Under the pieces are notes generated by a model. The model was not told the origin of the DNA. It saw only the letters and a program-made list of their open reading frames with translations, and did not search any database. From Candidatus Latescibacterota bacterium (GTDB lineage Bacteria; Latescibacterota; UBA2968; UBA8231): a stretch of DNA of 64,000 nucleotides. Shown here one piece after another: positions 19,025 to 28,863 of this stretch. The stretch is taken from contig CBDCXV010000009.1 in NCBI GenBank assembly GCA_965223905.1, forward strand, positions 96,001 to 160,000, written 5' to 3'. Position 1 is the stretch's first letter. Each line of letters begins with the position of its first letter. Made by a program: the position numbers and the translations under genes.

Positions 19025-19825
19025 TTGACACCCGTGATCACACTCACCACCGACTTCGGCGAGCGCGACTACTATGTCGGCGCCGTCAAGGGGGTGCTGT
19101 TGTCCATCCGCCCGGGGCTCACCATCGTCGACGTCAGCCACGCCATTCCGCCCGGGGATGTGCTCTCAGGCGCATTCGTGCTGCGCAACGCAGCGGTCGA
19201 GTTTCCGCCGGGCTCGATCCATCTCGCTGTCGTCGACCCGGGGGTGGGCTCGAGCCGTCGCGCGATCGCCGTCAGCAGCGGAGGATCCTTGTGGGTGGGC
19301 CCCGACAACGGGCTGCTCAGCTTCCCCCTCGAGGATCCCAGGGCGGTGACCCGCGAAATCACCGCGGCGACACTGCTCGACCGAAAGCTGAGCGCGACTT
19401 TTCACGGCCGCGACCTGTTCGCCCCCTGTGCCGCGCGTCTCGCCGCAGGGTTTCCCTTTGCGCGCGTCGGCCCGCGGATATCCGGGGCCGAAATCCTGTC
19501 GGAGACGCAGCCCGCCGTCGAGAGCGGCCGCGTCGCCGGGCAGGTGATCCACGTCGATCACTTCGGTAATGCGATCACGAACATAGCCGGCGAGGATCTC
19601 GACAGGCTTGCCGGAACCGAGGGCTCCCGCGGCAGCGTGAAGGTCCTGGCCGGGTCCCGGCGGCTCCCTGTTGCCGCAACCTACGCGGATGTCGAGAGGG
19701 GTGCCCCCGTGGCCGTGGTCGGCAGTTGCGGCCTGCTCGAGCTGGCGGTCAATGGGGGGAACGGGTCCGAGTTTCTGCAGCTGCAGCGGCGCGACCCCGT
19801 CGTCGTCGAACGGGAAAGACCGTGA
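19025..19825 (+). CDS. SAM hydroxide adenosyltransferase / chlorinase-fluorinase family (DUF62)
   Basis: ITLTTDFG, VVDPGVGSSRR, VGPDNG, SATFHGRDLFAP, VDHFGNAITN, LELAVNGG. Confidence 0.93.
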   Translation: MTPVITLTTDFGERDYYVGAVKGVLLSIRPGLTIVDVSHAIPPGDVLSGAFVLRNAAVEFPPGSIHLAVVDPGVGSSRRAIAVSSGGSLWVGPDNGLLSFPLEDPRAVTREITAATLLDRKLSATFHGRDLFAPCAARLAAGFPFARVGPRISGAEILSETQPAVESGRVAGQVIHVDHFGNAITNIAGEDLDRLAGTEGSRGSVKVLAGSRRLPVAATYADVERGAPVAVVGSCGLLELAVNGGNGSEFLQLQRRDPVVVERERP

Positions 19826-21204
19826 CTCCCCTGATCTCCGGCATCTCCGGCATCCGCGGCATCGCCGGGGAGTCTTTCACCGAGGAGGTAGTGCGCCGCT
19901 ATGCCGCGGCCTTCGCGGTCTCGCTCGAACCGGGTGCGGCCGTCGTCCTGGCGCGCGATACCCGTCCCTCGGGCGCCGGTTTCGCCGCGGCCGCGGCCGC
20001 GGCCCTTGGCAAAGCCGGCTGCCGTGTCGTCGATTGCGGCGTCTGCTCGACGCCGGCGGCGAAGCTGATGGTGACCGAGCTGGCCGCGGCCGGGGGGATC
20101 GTGGTCACCGCCAGCCACAACCCGGCTCCCTGGAACGGCCTCAAGCTGGTCCGCTCCGACGGCATCTTCCTGAACGCCCGCCAGGCATCCGAGGTGGAGA
20201 ACCGCTACCGCGCCGCGGAATCGCGCCAGCTCCCCGGGGGCTCGGAAACCTCACTCGATTCCGCCGCGGTCACCGAGCTGCACGTAAACCGTGTTCTGGA
20301 ACAGGTAGACGCCGCTTCCATCCAGGGGGCCTCCTTGCGGGTTGCGGTCGATCCCTGCAACGGCGCCGGATGCCTCGAGCTGCCGGGGTTGTTGCCGCGG
20401 CTGGGGGTCGAGGCGCATTTCGTGAACGCCACCCCCGACGGGAACTTCGCCCATGAACCGGAGCCCCTTCCCGCCAACCTCGAGCAGCTCGGAGAGGCGG
20501 TCCGCGAACAGGGGGCGGACCTCGGTTTGGCAGTCGACCCGGACGCCGACCGCGTCGCCCTGGTGGGGCCCGACGGCGTTCCCCTGGGGGAGGACTACAC
20601 CCTGGCGCTGGCGGTCGCCGCGGTCACCGCCCGGCGCCCCGGGCCGGTGGTCACCACCCTTTCGACCTCGCAGATCGTCAGCGACGCGGCCGGGCGGAAC
20701 GGCTGCCCGGTGACGCTCACCGCGGTCGGCGAGGTGCACGTCGTAGAGAAGATGCTCGAGGAACGGGCCGTGATCGGTGGCGAGGGAAACGGCGGGGTGA
20801 TCCTTACCGAGGTAGGTCCCGGCCGCGACGCCGCCGTCGCCGTCGCCGTCGTGCTCGAGGCGCTGGCGGCCAGCGGCGCATCCCTTCCGGAGCTGGTCGC
20901 CTCCCTGCCGAAGTACGCCATCGAGAAGCGCAAGCTCACCTGCAGCGCCAGTCAGCTGCAAGGAGCCGTCGCCGCCCTGAAAGGCCGCCATCCGGGGGCC
21001 TGGGCCCACCCGGTGCCGGACGGCGTCAAGCTGTACATGGAGGGGGGGCTCTCATGCCCGTGGATTCACCTGCGGGCTTCGAATACCGAGCCGGTCGTGC
21101 GCGTCATAGCCGAAGCGGGAACCCCGGCCGAGGCGAAACAACTGTGCGATGAGGCAGAGTCGCTGCTCGAGGAGGCCGGGGAGTCCCCCGGCGGGGCAGC
21201 GTAG
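19822..21204 (+). CDS. Phosphoglucosamine mutase / phosphomannomutase family
   Basis: SGIRG, VTASHNP (phospho-Ser), DPDADR, GGEGNGG, RASNTEP; GTG start overlaps the upstream TGA. Confidence 0.92.
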   Translation: MTPLISGISGIRGIAGESFTEEVVRRYAAAFAVSLEPGAAVVLARDTRPSGAGFAAAAAAALGKAGCRVVDCGVCSTPAAKLMVTELAAAGGIVVTASHNPAPWNGLKLVRSDGIFLNARQASEVENRYRAAESRQLPGGSETSLDSAAVTELHVNRVLEQVDAASIQGASLRVAVDPCNGAGCLELPGLLPRLGVEAHFVNATPDGNFAHEPEPLPANLEQLGEAVREQGADLGLAVDPDADRVALVGPDGVPLGEDYTLALAVAAVTARRPGPVVTTLSTSQIVSDAAGRNGCPVTLTAVGEVHVVEKMLEERAVIGGEGNGGVILTEVGPGRDAAVAVAVVLEALAASGASLPELVASLPKYAIEKRKLTCSASQLQGAVAALKGRHPGAWAHPVPDGVKLYMEGGLSCPWIHLRASNTEPVVRVIAEAGTPAEAKQLCDEAESLLEEAGESPGGAA

Positions 21205-21237
21205 GAAGGAGGCGGCGAGCCGTGGCCGCGACTGGTG

Positions 21238-21624
21238 CTACGAGGCGGAGGAGGAGTCCCGCACGCCGAGGCTGTCGCGAATCCGCCGTTCGGCCGGAAG
21301 ATCCTGGTCGGCGCTTCCGCTGGCGGGAATGTCGGCTCGTTCTTCGACCCGCTGCGTCAGGCGATTCAGGCTCTCGTTGGCCTTGTCGGCGAACTCCTGG
21401 CGCTCTTTATCGAGCCGGAGGAACTCTGCGGCTACTTCCATGGCGGCGAGGATGGCGACCTGCAAGGTCGACAGGCGGCCCTCGTGGCCTTCGGAGATCT
21501 CACGCATCTTGCTGTCGATGTGCTCCGCGGCCGGTTGAATCTCCTCGGGCTCTCCACCGATCCGGTAGCTCTGGCCGAAGATCTCGACGACGACCCCCTC
21601 GAACTGCTTGTCTTTTTCCCCCAT
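21238..21624 (-). CDS. zapA: Cell division protein ZapA
   Basis: VEIFGQSYRI, AEHIDSKMREI, VAILAAMEVAAE followed by a coiled coil. Confidence 0.85.
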   Translation of the reverse strand: MGEKDKQFEGVVVEIFGQSYRIGGEPEEIQPAAEHIDSKMREISEGHEGRLSTLQVAILAAMEVAAEFLRLDKERQEFADKANESLNRLTQRVEERADIPASGSADQDLPAERRIRDSLGVRDSSSAS

Positions 21625-21846
21625 GGCATCGTTCCCGTTCTTGGTTGTGCCGGCAGCGCCTGCCGGCACAACGGTGCCCCAATCTATACCCCTGCCGGGC
21701 AAGCGGCAAGCCCCTGCGGCGGGTGGAATCCAGTCCCGGGGCGATCCTTGCAACCCCCCGCCGAATCGATCACCGTATTGACTTAAGTATTGACGTAATT
21801 ACCCCAAGCCCCACTGTGGTCCCGATCAGCGGAGCATGCCTGCGCC

Positions 21847-22815
21847 GTGAAAGCCATCGTCGTCGATCCCCGCAGCCGCAACCTGTCGTGGGAGGCCGTG
21901 CCCGATCCGCAACCTGGTCCGGACGAGGTTCTCGTCGACATCCATGCCACCGCGGTCAACCGCGCCGACCTGCTGCAGAGATCGGGGAACTACCCGCCGC
22001 CGCCCGGGGCGCCGGAGTACCTCGGCCTGGAGATGGCAGGGGTTGTGGCCGAGGTCGGGGGTACGGGCGAATGGCGGCCCGGGGACCGGGTCTGCGCCCT
22101 GCTCAGCGGCGGCGGCTACGCCGAGCGGGTGGCGGTGCCGCAGCGCCTCCTGCACCGCATGCCCGACAACTGGGATTTCACCTACGGCGCCGCCATTCCC
22201 GAGGTCTTCTACACGGCGTTCGTCAACCTGTTTCTCGAAGCCGGCCTCCAGCCCGGGGAAACCGCCCTCGTCCACGGGGGCGCCAGCGGCGTAGGGACCG
22301 CGGCGATTCAGCTGGCGAACCAGTCCGGCTGCCGCGTCCTGGCGACCGCCGGCAGCGAACGCAAGCTTGAGTGCTGCCGGCGCCTGGGGGCGGAGTTGGC
22401 CGTCAATTACAAGGAAGAGGATTTCGCCGCCGCGGTCCTCGCCCACTGCGACGGCGTCGACGTCATCCTCGACATCGCCGGCGCCAGCTCGCTGCCCGGG
22501 AACGTCGAGGTTCTCAAGCACAAGGGCAGGCTGGTGGTCATCTCCGTTCTCGGGGGAACCGAGGGGGCCCTCGACATCGGGGCGGTCCTGCGCAAGCGGC
22601 TGCGCATCGCCGGCTCGCTGCTGCGCAGCCGTCCGCTCGCCGAGAAGGCCGCGATCAAGGAGAAGCTCGAAGAGCGCCTGTGGGCCAGGATCGAGGACGG
22701 CCGCATCAAAGCGGTGATCGACAGCGTCCTGCCGGTCACCGAGGCCGGGGAGGCGCACCGCAGGCTCGCCGCAAACAGCAACATCGGCAAAGTCGTGCTT
22801 AAGGTGAGGGAGTAG
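21847..22815 (+). CDS. NAD(P)H-quinone oxidoreductase, PIG3 family
   Basis: VNRADLLQRSGNYPPPPGA, GGGYAE, LVHGGASGVGTAAIQ, NIGKVVL. Confidence 0.93.
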   Translation: MKAIVVDPRSRNLSWEAVPDPQPGPDEVLVDIHATAVNRADLLQRSGNYPPPPGAPEYLGLEMAGVVAEVGGTGEWRPGDRVCALLSGGGYAERVAVPQRLLHRMPDNWDFTYGAAIPEVFYTAFVNLFLEAGLQPGETALVHGGASGVGTAAIQLANQSGCRVLATAGSERKLECCRRLGAELAVNYKEEDFAAAVLAHCDGVDVILDIAGASSLPGNVEVLKHKGRLVVISVLGGTEGALDIGAVLRKRLRIAGSLLRSRPLAEKAAIKEKLEERLWARIEDGRIKAVIDSVLPVTEAGEAHRRLAANSNIGKVVLKVRE

Positions 22816-22820
22816 AAACC

Positions 22821-23878
22821 ATGAGTGCATCGACCCGCTACCGGGAAATCGAAGTCGGAGGTACGCCGCAGCAGATGGGGGAGCAGCTCGGAGAGGAGGC
22901 GCGTGAGGAGATCCGCGGCTTCGACGCGGTGGCGCTGGAGCGCGTCAACCTGACCATGGCGGTCTCCGAGGAACGCGCTCTCGCCGTCGCCGCCGACAGT
23001 ATCGAGCGCGTCGCCGGGTACGCCCCGGAAATGCTCGAGGAGCTCAACGGCATGGCCGCCGCCTCCGGGGTGCCGGCCGAGCGCCTGATGCTGCTGCAGA
23101 TCCGCAATCAGCTGCGTCCCGACGGCGGCGGCTGCACCTCGTTCGCCCTCTCGCAGCCGGCGGCGATCGGCACCTTCGTCGGCCAGAACTGGGACAACGA
23201 CCCGGCGCTCGATCCGTTCACCATCGTGCTGACCCGCCGGCCCGAGGGGGAACCGGCCTTCATGAGCATCACCCAGGCCGGGCTGGTCGCCTACATCGGG
23301 GTCAGCCAAGCCGGCGTCGGCATCTGCATGAACACCCTCTGCCGGCCCCCAGCCGTCCGCTCGGGGTTCCCCACTACTTCACGGTTCGCGGGATGTACCG
23401 GACCGGCTCCCTCGACGCCGCGCGGGAGGCGGTGCGCCGGGCGCACCGGGCAATCCCCGCGAACCTGATCCTGGCGGCGCCGGACGGGCTGGCCGATTTC
23501 GAGATCACCGTCGGCGACGTCCACGTCATCCGCGACGACGGCAGCGGCATCGTCACCCATACCAACCACTGCGTGCACCCCGACCTCGCGCCGGTCAACG
23601 ACGACTTCCCGGAGCTGATTCAGTCGGGGCCGCGCAAGTGCCGCGTCGACGAGCTGTTGCGGCGGGGGCGGCGGCCCCTGACCGAGGCCTCTCTCCGGGA
23701 GATCCTCAGCGATCACGACGGCCACCCGCACTCGATCTGCCGCCACGCCAACGACCACCCCGACAACGGCTTCTGGACCTCCGTCTTCTCGGTGATCATC
23801 GACGTCGGAGCCTGCCGGATGAAGGTCAGCCGCGGCAACCCGTGTGAAAATCCGTACGAAACCTATCACCTGAACTGA
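22821..23878 (+). pseudogene. C45 family Ntn-hydrolase (acyl-CoA:6-APA acyltransferase-like), frameshifted near 23340
   Basis: GCTSF, GQNWD in the first frame; HTNH and SRGNPC in the second; removing one CT from CTCTG restores NTLPAPSRPLGVPHYF. Confidence 0.8.
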
Positions 23879-23895
23879 GCAGAAGGGATACCGCC

Positions 23896-25344
23896 ATGGC
23901 GACCCTGCACGGAACTACGGTTGATGCGGCCACCGGCGAGGCGATCGACGCCAAGGTCCACGTCCTGAGCTCGAACGGGAAATTCCGGCATCCCGCGGAG
24001 GCCCTGCTGAAGCGGGGTCCCGGGACGCCGTTTTTCTTCGCCGACGGCGCCTTTGAAGTCGAAGTCCCCCGAGGCCGCACCGACGTGCTCGTCGAGCGCG
24101 GCACCGAGTACGAGCCCGCCCGCGTCCTGGTCGAGGCCCCGGAGAAGGGAGTCGTCGAGGTCGAGGTCCCCCTGCGCCGCTGGCATCACCCGCAGGAGGA
24201 CAACTGGTACCCCGGCAACACCCACATCCACTACGACGAGAAGGAGACGCGCCCCGACGACCGCCTCGCCGTCGACTGCAGCATCGAAGGGTACAATGTC
24301 ACGGTGGTCAGCATCCTCGACCGCCGCCAGCTGCCGTATGCGAGCAACAAGTACCCGATCGGGGTGATGAACGAGTTCACCACCGCCCACCACGTCCTCG
24401 ACATCGGCGAGGAGAACCGCCACTACGGCGAAAAGTCCCCCTGGGGCATGGGCTACGGGCACGTGATGTTTCTCAACATCCGCAACCTCGTGCAGCCGGT
24501 GAGCCGCGGCCACACCCTGACGGCGCAGTTCGACCCTGACTACCCCCCGCTCATCTTCTGCTGCGACGACGCCCGCGGGCAGGGGGGCCTGGTGATCTGG
24601 TGCCACAACGGCCGCGGCATGGAGGCGCCGGTCGCCGCGGCCCTGGGCAAGCTCGACGCCTTCAATCTCTTCGACCCGTTCTGGATGGACCCGGAGTACG
24701 ACCTGTGGTACAGGCTGCTCAACTGCGGCATCCGCCTGCCGGCCTCCACCGGGACGGACTGGTTCGTCTGCTCGAACAACCGCGTCTACGTGCAGACCGC
24801 GGATTCGTTCTCCTACGCCGCCTGGATCGACGGCATGAAGGCGGGGCGCACCTACATCACCAACGGGCCGGCCATCGACATGAAGGTCAACGGCGAGCCG
24901 ATCGGTTCCACCGTGGCCTGCGCCCAGGGAGGCCGCGTCGAGGTCGAGGTTCCCTTCCGCAGCTGTTACCCGGTGGACTCGGTGGAGATCGTGGTCAACG
25001 GCCGCGTCGTGGAGCGGTGCGAGTTCGCCGGCGGCGCCCGCGAGGGCTCGCTCAGGGGTGAAGCCGCGGTAGAGGCGGACGGCTGGGTCGCCGCCCGGCT
25101 CTGGGGCAACTCGCGCGACAGCTTCGACCAGTCGATCTACGCCCACACCAGCCCCACCTGGCTCGAGTGCGGACGCTTTCAGCTCGAGCGCGAGTCGGCC
25201 GCCGGGTTCTTCGCCGACGGCATACACCAGTCGCTCTCCTGGATCGACACGGTCGGCCGCTACAACAACGACCGCCAGCGCAACGAGGTGAAGGAGCTGT
25301 TCCGCAGGGGCCTCGAGGCTTTCGAGAACCTGGCCCGGCCGTAA
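23896..25344 (+). CDS. CehA/McbA family PHP-like metallohydrolase
   Basis: ERGTEYEP, WYPGNTHIH, WYRLLNCGIRLPASTGTD, RVYV, GRTYITNGP, AHTSP. Confidence 0.85.
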   Translation: MATLHGTTVDAATGEAIDAKVHVLSSNGKFRHPAEALLKRGPGTPFFFADGAFEVEVPRGRTDVLVERGTEYEPARVLVEAPEKGVVEVEVPLRRWHHPQEDNWYPGNTHIHYDEKETRPDDRLAVDCSIEGYNVTVVSILDRRQLPYASNKYPIGVMNEFTTAHHVLDIGEENRHYGEKSPWGMGYGHVMFLNIRNLVQPVSRGHTLTAQFDPDYPPLIFCCDDARGQGGLVIWCHNGRGMEAPVAAALGKLDAFNLFDPFWMDPEYDLWYRLLNCGIRLPASTGTDWFVCSNNRVYVQTADSFSYAAWIDGMKAGRTYITNGPAIDMKVNGEPIGSTVACAQGGRVEVEVPFRSCYPVDSVEIVVNGRVVERCEFAGGAREGSLRGEAAVEADGWVAARLWGNSRDSFDQSIYAHTSPTWLECGRFQLERESAAGFFADGIHQSLSWIDTVGRYNNDRQRNEVKELFRRGLEAFENLARP

Positions 25345-25533
25345 CAGCCAGGGGCAGGGCCTGCCTTGTCCGGTGGGTTTCCGGCTGCCTGACGCATCAA
25401 TGGCCAGCTCCACGGCGATTTCCCGCGGGCCTGGGAGATCCCGCAAACGGATTGCCTGCCGGCATGCGGCATCACCTTTTGCAGCGGCGTCCCTCCGGGC
25501 GCCCGGATCAACTTCCCGGCGCAGAGGCCCCCT

Positions 25534-26469
25534 TCAGTGTGACAGGAACCGTTCCGCCTCGATCGCCGCCATGCAGCCGGTACCGGCCGCGGTCACGGCC
25601 TGACGGTACACGTGGTCCTGGGCGTCGCCGCAGACGAACACCCCGGGGATGTTGGTCGCCGTAGAGTCCGGCGCGGTGATGACGTAGCCGTTCTCGTCCA
25701 TGTCGAGCAGGCCCTCGAACAGCTGCGTGTTCGGGACGTGGCCGATCGCCATGAACACCCCTCCGCATTCCCGCTCCCAGGTTTCCCCGGTATCCGGGTT
25801 CTGCAGGCGCACCCCGCTCACGGCGAGCTCGCCGTTCGGAGACAGAATCTCCTCGACCACCGCGGGGGTGATGAAGCCGATCTTCGGGTTGTCCATGGCG
25901 CGTTTGAGCATGATCCGCGAGGCGCGGAACTCGGAGCGCCGGTGCACGATGTCGACCCTGGTGGCGAACTTGGTCAGGAAGGTCGCCTCTTCCATGGCCG
26001 AGTCGCCGCCCCCGACGACGATCAGCTCCTTGCCGCGGAAGAAGAAGCCGTCGCAGGTGGCGCAGGCGGATACCCCGTGGCCCATCAGCCGGGTCTCCGA
26101 TTCGATTTCGAGGAGCCGCGCGGAAGCGCCGGTGGCTACGATGACGGCATCTGCGGTAAAGACGGTGCCCTCGGCGTCGACGCGGAACGGGGTCCCGGAG
26201 AAATCGACCGCGGTGGCGGTCTTGAAGAGGCAGTGCGCCCCGAAGCGCGCCGCCTGGGCCCGGAACTTGTCCATCATCTCCGGCCCCATGATGCCCTCGG
26301 GGAAGCCGGGATAGTTCTCGACGTCAGTGGTAATCGTAAGCTGTCCTCCGGGCTGGGCTCCTTCCAGCACGAGGGGGGCGAGGTCCGCCCGGGCGGCGTA
26401 CAGGGCCGCGGTGAATCCGGCCGGCCCCGATCCGATTATTACGATGCGGTGGTGGTTCTCTTCAGACAT
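25534..26469 (-). CDS. trxB: Thioredoxin-disulfide reductase
   Basis: [50 protein letters not shown]. Confidence 0.97.
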   Translation of the reverse strand: MSEENHHRIVIIGSGPAGFTAALYAARADLAPLVLEGAQPGGQLTITTDVENYPGFPEGIMGPEMMDKFRAQAARFGAHCLFKTATAVDFSGTPFRVDAEGTVFTADAVIVATGASARLLEIESETRLMGHGVSACATCDGFFFRGKELIVVGGGDSAMEEATFLTKFATRVDIVHRRSEFRASRIMLKRAMDNPKIGFITPAVVEEILSPNGELAVSGVRLQNPDTGETWERECGGVFMAIGHVPNTQLFEGLLDMDENGYVITAPDSTATNIPGVFVCGDAQDHVYRQAVTAAGTGCMAAIEAERFLSH

Positions 26470-26536
26470 GGTTTCCGCCGTACCAGGAAGATGGTTGGGG
26501 GAATCAGGGATTGATCAGCAAATGGAAGTGCATCGG

Positions 26537-27261
26537 TCAGTCAGTTGCGGCACTGCCAATTTCCTTCTTTATAGCAGACATCCAATCTGCATATTCTGCT
26601 TCCAGCTTGGGATCCAATTGAAACGCCGCTCGGAAATGGTGCAATGCCTTTGTGGGCCTTTAGAAACCTGGCAGTGATCTGTCCCAGGTTCGTATGCACG
26701 TGGGTTTGATCGGCGTCGAGCTGCAACGACTGTTGGAAATACCTTACCGCCTGTTCGTACTCCCTCTCCTCGACGGCGATCCTTGCCAGACGATTATATG
26801 CCAGGGGAAGTGGTTGGATCTCGATGGACAACAGCAGAACTTCCGCCGCCTCTTTCTTTTGGCCGTGACCAAACAGCCTGTCGGCAAGCAAAATGTAGTA
26901 GCGGGACATCTGGCCCGCTTCACCGGGGTAGGAGGAGGAGATTTGCCGAACTCCCGATTTGAGAATGGTAACTGCAAGGTCGGGAAGGCCCAATTCAAAG
27001 AAACTCATACTTCCCGCCCAGAGAACCAGAGGGGGACTCTGGCCAGTATGGGGGGTCGATGGGACCCAGGGCGCTCTTGATGAGGGTGGTTTCATCGGGA
27101 TGGAAATGGTAGAACGCCCGGCTTCCTTCGGACTGGTTCTTTCCGGATACCGGGAAAGGGCTGTCCCCCCTGTTCATCCCCACGAAGCGAAGCGAGAAGC
27201 CCGCAACGAGGATGGCAATCAAGCAGAGGGTGGGAAATCTGATTCTGATGAGTGCGTGCAC
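26537..27261 (-). pseudogene. Eroded membrane glycosyltransferase-like/TPR gene (internal deletion plus frameshift)
   Basis: N-terminal TM + FYHFHPDE (ArnT/PMT-like start) joined out of frame to a TPR segment (AYNRLA...HTNLG); third frame KALHHFRAAFQLDPKL; lower GC. Confidence 0.65.
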
Positions 27262-27353
27262 GGTTAGCGGGGAAGGAAGCCCACCAGGTTGGGGCCTGCC
27301 GGCGCGAGTTCATCGATTGCCTGGTCAGCCATCGATGGAACTTGGCCGCGGCG

Positions 27354-28307
27354 TCAGGCGATGCGGTACGGGACCTCGCGGCCCTCGAGGCCGGCGAACA
27401 TGTTGTCCACCGACATGCGCGACATCGCATCGCGGGTCTGCCTCGTGGCGCTGCCGAGATGGGGGGCGATCACCAGGTTGTCGAGAGACAGCAGCGGGTG
27501 GTCGCGGGGGAGCGGCTCCGGCTCGGTGACGTCGAGGGCGGCGGCGAAAATGCGCCGATCCGTCAGGGTTTCCAGCAGGGCGTCGTGGTCGAGCACGCCG
27601 CCGCGGGCGATGTTGATCAGGACGGCGGTCGGTTTCATCAGGGCCAGCTCTCGGGCCCCGATCATGCCGCGGGTCTCGTCGTTGAGGGGCATGCAGAGCA
27701 TGGTGAACTCCGAGGCGGACAGCAGCTCGTCGAGGGAGACCCGGCGGGCGCCGAAATCCCGCTCCGCCTTGTCGTTGCGGGTGCGGTTGTGGTAGAGGAT
27801 CGGCATGTCGAAGCCGACGGCGCGTTTGGCGACCTGGTAGCCGATGCGGCCGAGCCCGACGATCCCCAGGGTCGCCCCGGTCACCATCTGCCCAAGCAGG
27901 ATGGCCGGGTCGTAGATGGTGAAGTCCGGGCCTCGGGCGAAGTGCCCGCCGACGACGAGGTTGCGGGCGGCGGCCATCATCAGGGTGATCCCCTGGTCCG
28001 CAGTCGTTGTGTCGAGCACGCCGGGGGTGTTGCCGACCGGCAGGCCGAGCTGCCTGGCCCCTTCGAGGTCTATGTGATCGCATCCGACGCCGAAGTTGCT
28101 GATCACCCGCAGCTTCGGCATGCGGGCCATGAGGGCGCGGTCGACCCACATGTGGCTGTACACGTAGATCGCCTCGATCGCGTCCAAATCGGTGTCCGGT
28201 TCCGGTTCAGGCCGCGTCCACATCTTTGTTTCGCAATGGTCGCCGAACAGGGGGATGATCCCCTCGTAGGGCTCGGAATCCGCCTGAAAAAGCACCTGGT
28301 AGGCCAC
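27354..28307 (-). CDS. D-glycerate dehydrogenase / glyoxylate reductase (2-hydroxyacid dehydrogenase)
   Basis: GVGCDHID, NTPGVL, GLGRIG, INIARG, LDVTEPEP, PHLGSAT. Confidence 0.92.
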   Translation of the reverse strand: MAYQVLFQADSEPYEGIIPLFGDHCETKMWTRPEPEPDTDLDAIEAIYVYSHMWVDRALMARMPKLRVISNFGVGCDHIDLEGARQLGLPVGNTPGVLDTTTADQGITLMMAAARNLVVGGHFARGPDFTIYDPAILLGQMVTGATLGIVGLGRIGYQVAKRAVGFDMPILYHNRTRNDKAERDFGARRVSLDELLSASEFTMLCMPLNDETRGMIGARELALMKPTAVLINIARGGVLDHDALLETLTDRRIFAAALDVTEPEPLPRDHPLLSLDNLVIAPHLGSATRQTRDAMSRMSVDNMFAGLEGREVPYRIA

Positions 28308-28323
28308 CCGCGAATCTCCCGCG

Positions 28324-28700
28324 TTACCCCCGCGTCAGGCGCGCGACCATGGCCTCGACGTCGACGGACTTCCCCTTGGCCGAGGCCTCGATGGCGGCGA
28401 ACATCGCGGCGTTGCTGTAGATGTCGTCGTCGATGACCGTCTCCGGGGCCGGCCCGCCGCCGATCCATTCGAGGTGGGTGTCGATGATGTAGTTGTGGCC
28501 TTCGAAGGCCGGCGCGGCCAGCGGCACCTCTTCGGTCGTCAACGCCTCGGTGAGGTCGCGCGATACCATGCGCACGGTGTCGTCATTGTCGACGAGGGCG
28601 ACGATTTCATTACGGTCGGCGAAATTCGGGTAGAAGCGCCGGATCCAGGCCCCCGCCATGCCGCCGGCGCCGATCATCAGGTTGCGTTTTTCCGACTCAC
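28324..28700 (-). pseudogene. Gfo/Idh/MocA-like oxidoreductase remnant with large internal deletion
   Basis: LMIGAGGMA...EIVALVD Rossmann start fused directly to a C-terminal-like FAAIEASAKGKSV; only about 120 codons. Confidence 0.6.
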
Positions 28701-28863
28701 TCGCAGTTCCAGGCAGAAGGCTGACGAATATAGGTGGGCTCAGGGGGCCAGCAAGAAAGGGAAGCGTGACGGGAGCGGCCTGCTCGCGTTGACGGAATCG
28801 GGGGACGCGCGCAGTTTGGGGCCGGCCCGGAACCTGCCGGGCCAAAACCGAAAACCGCGAGCC

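Noticed and set aside
23331-23400. Programmed frameshift or selenocysteine recoding in the C45 gene
   Set aside because: No slippery heptamer or in-frame TGA at the junction; a dinucleotide duplication explains it
25380-25515. VWA-like words on the minus strand (VELAIDASGS, GGTPL)
   Set aside because: Different frames, wrong order and too short to support a remnant call
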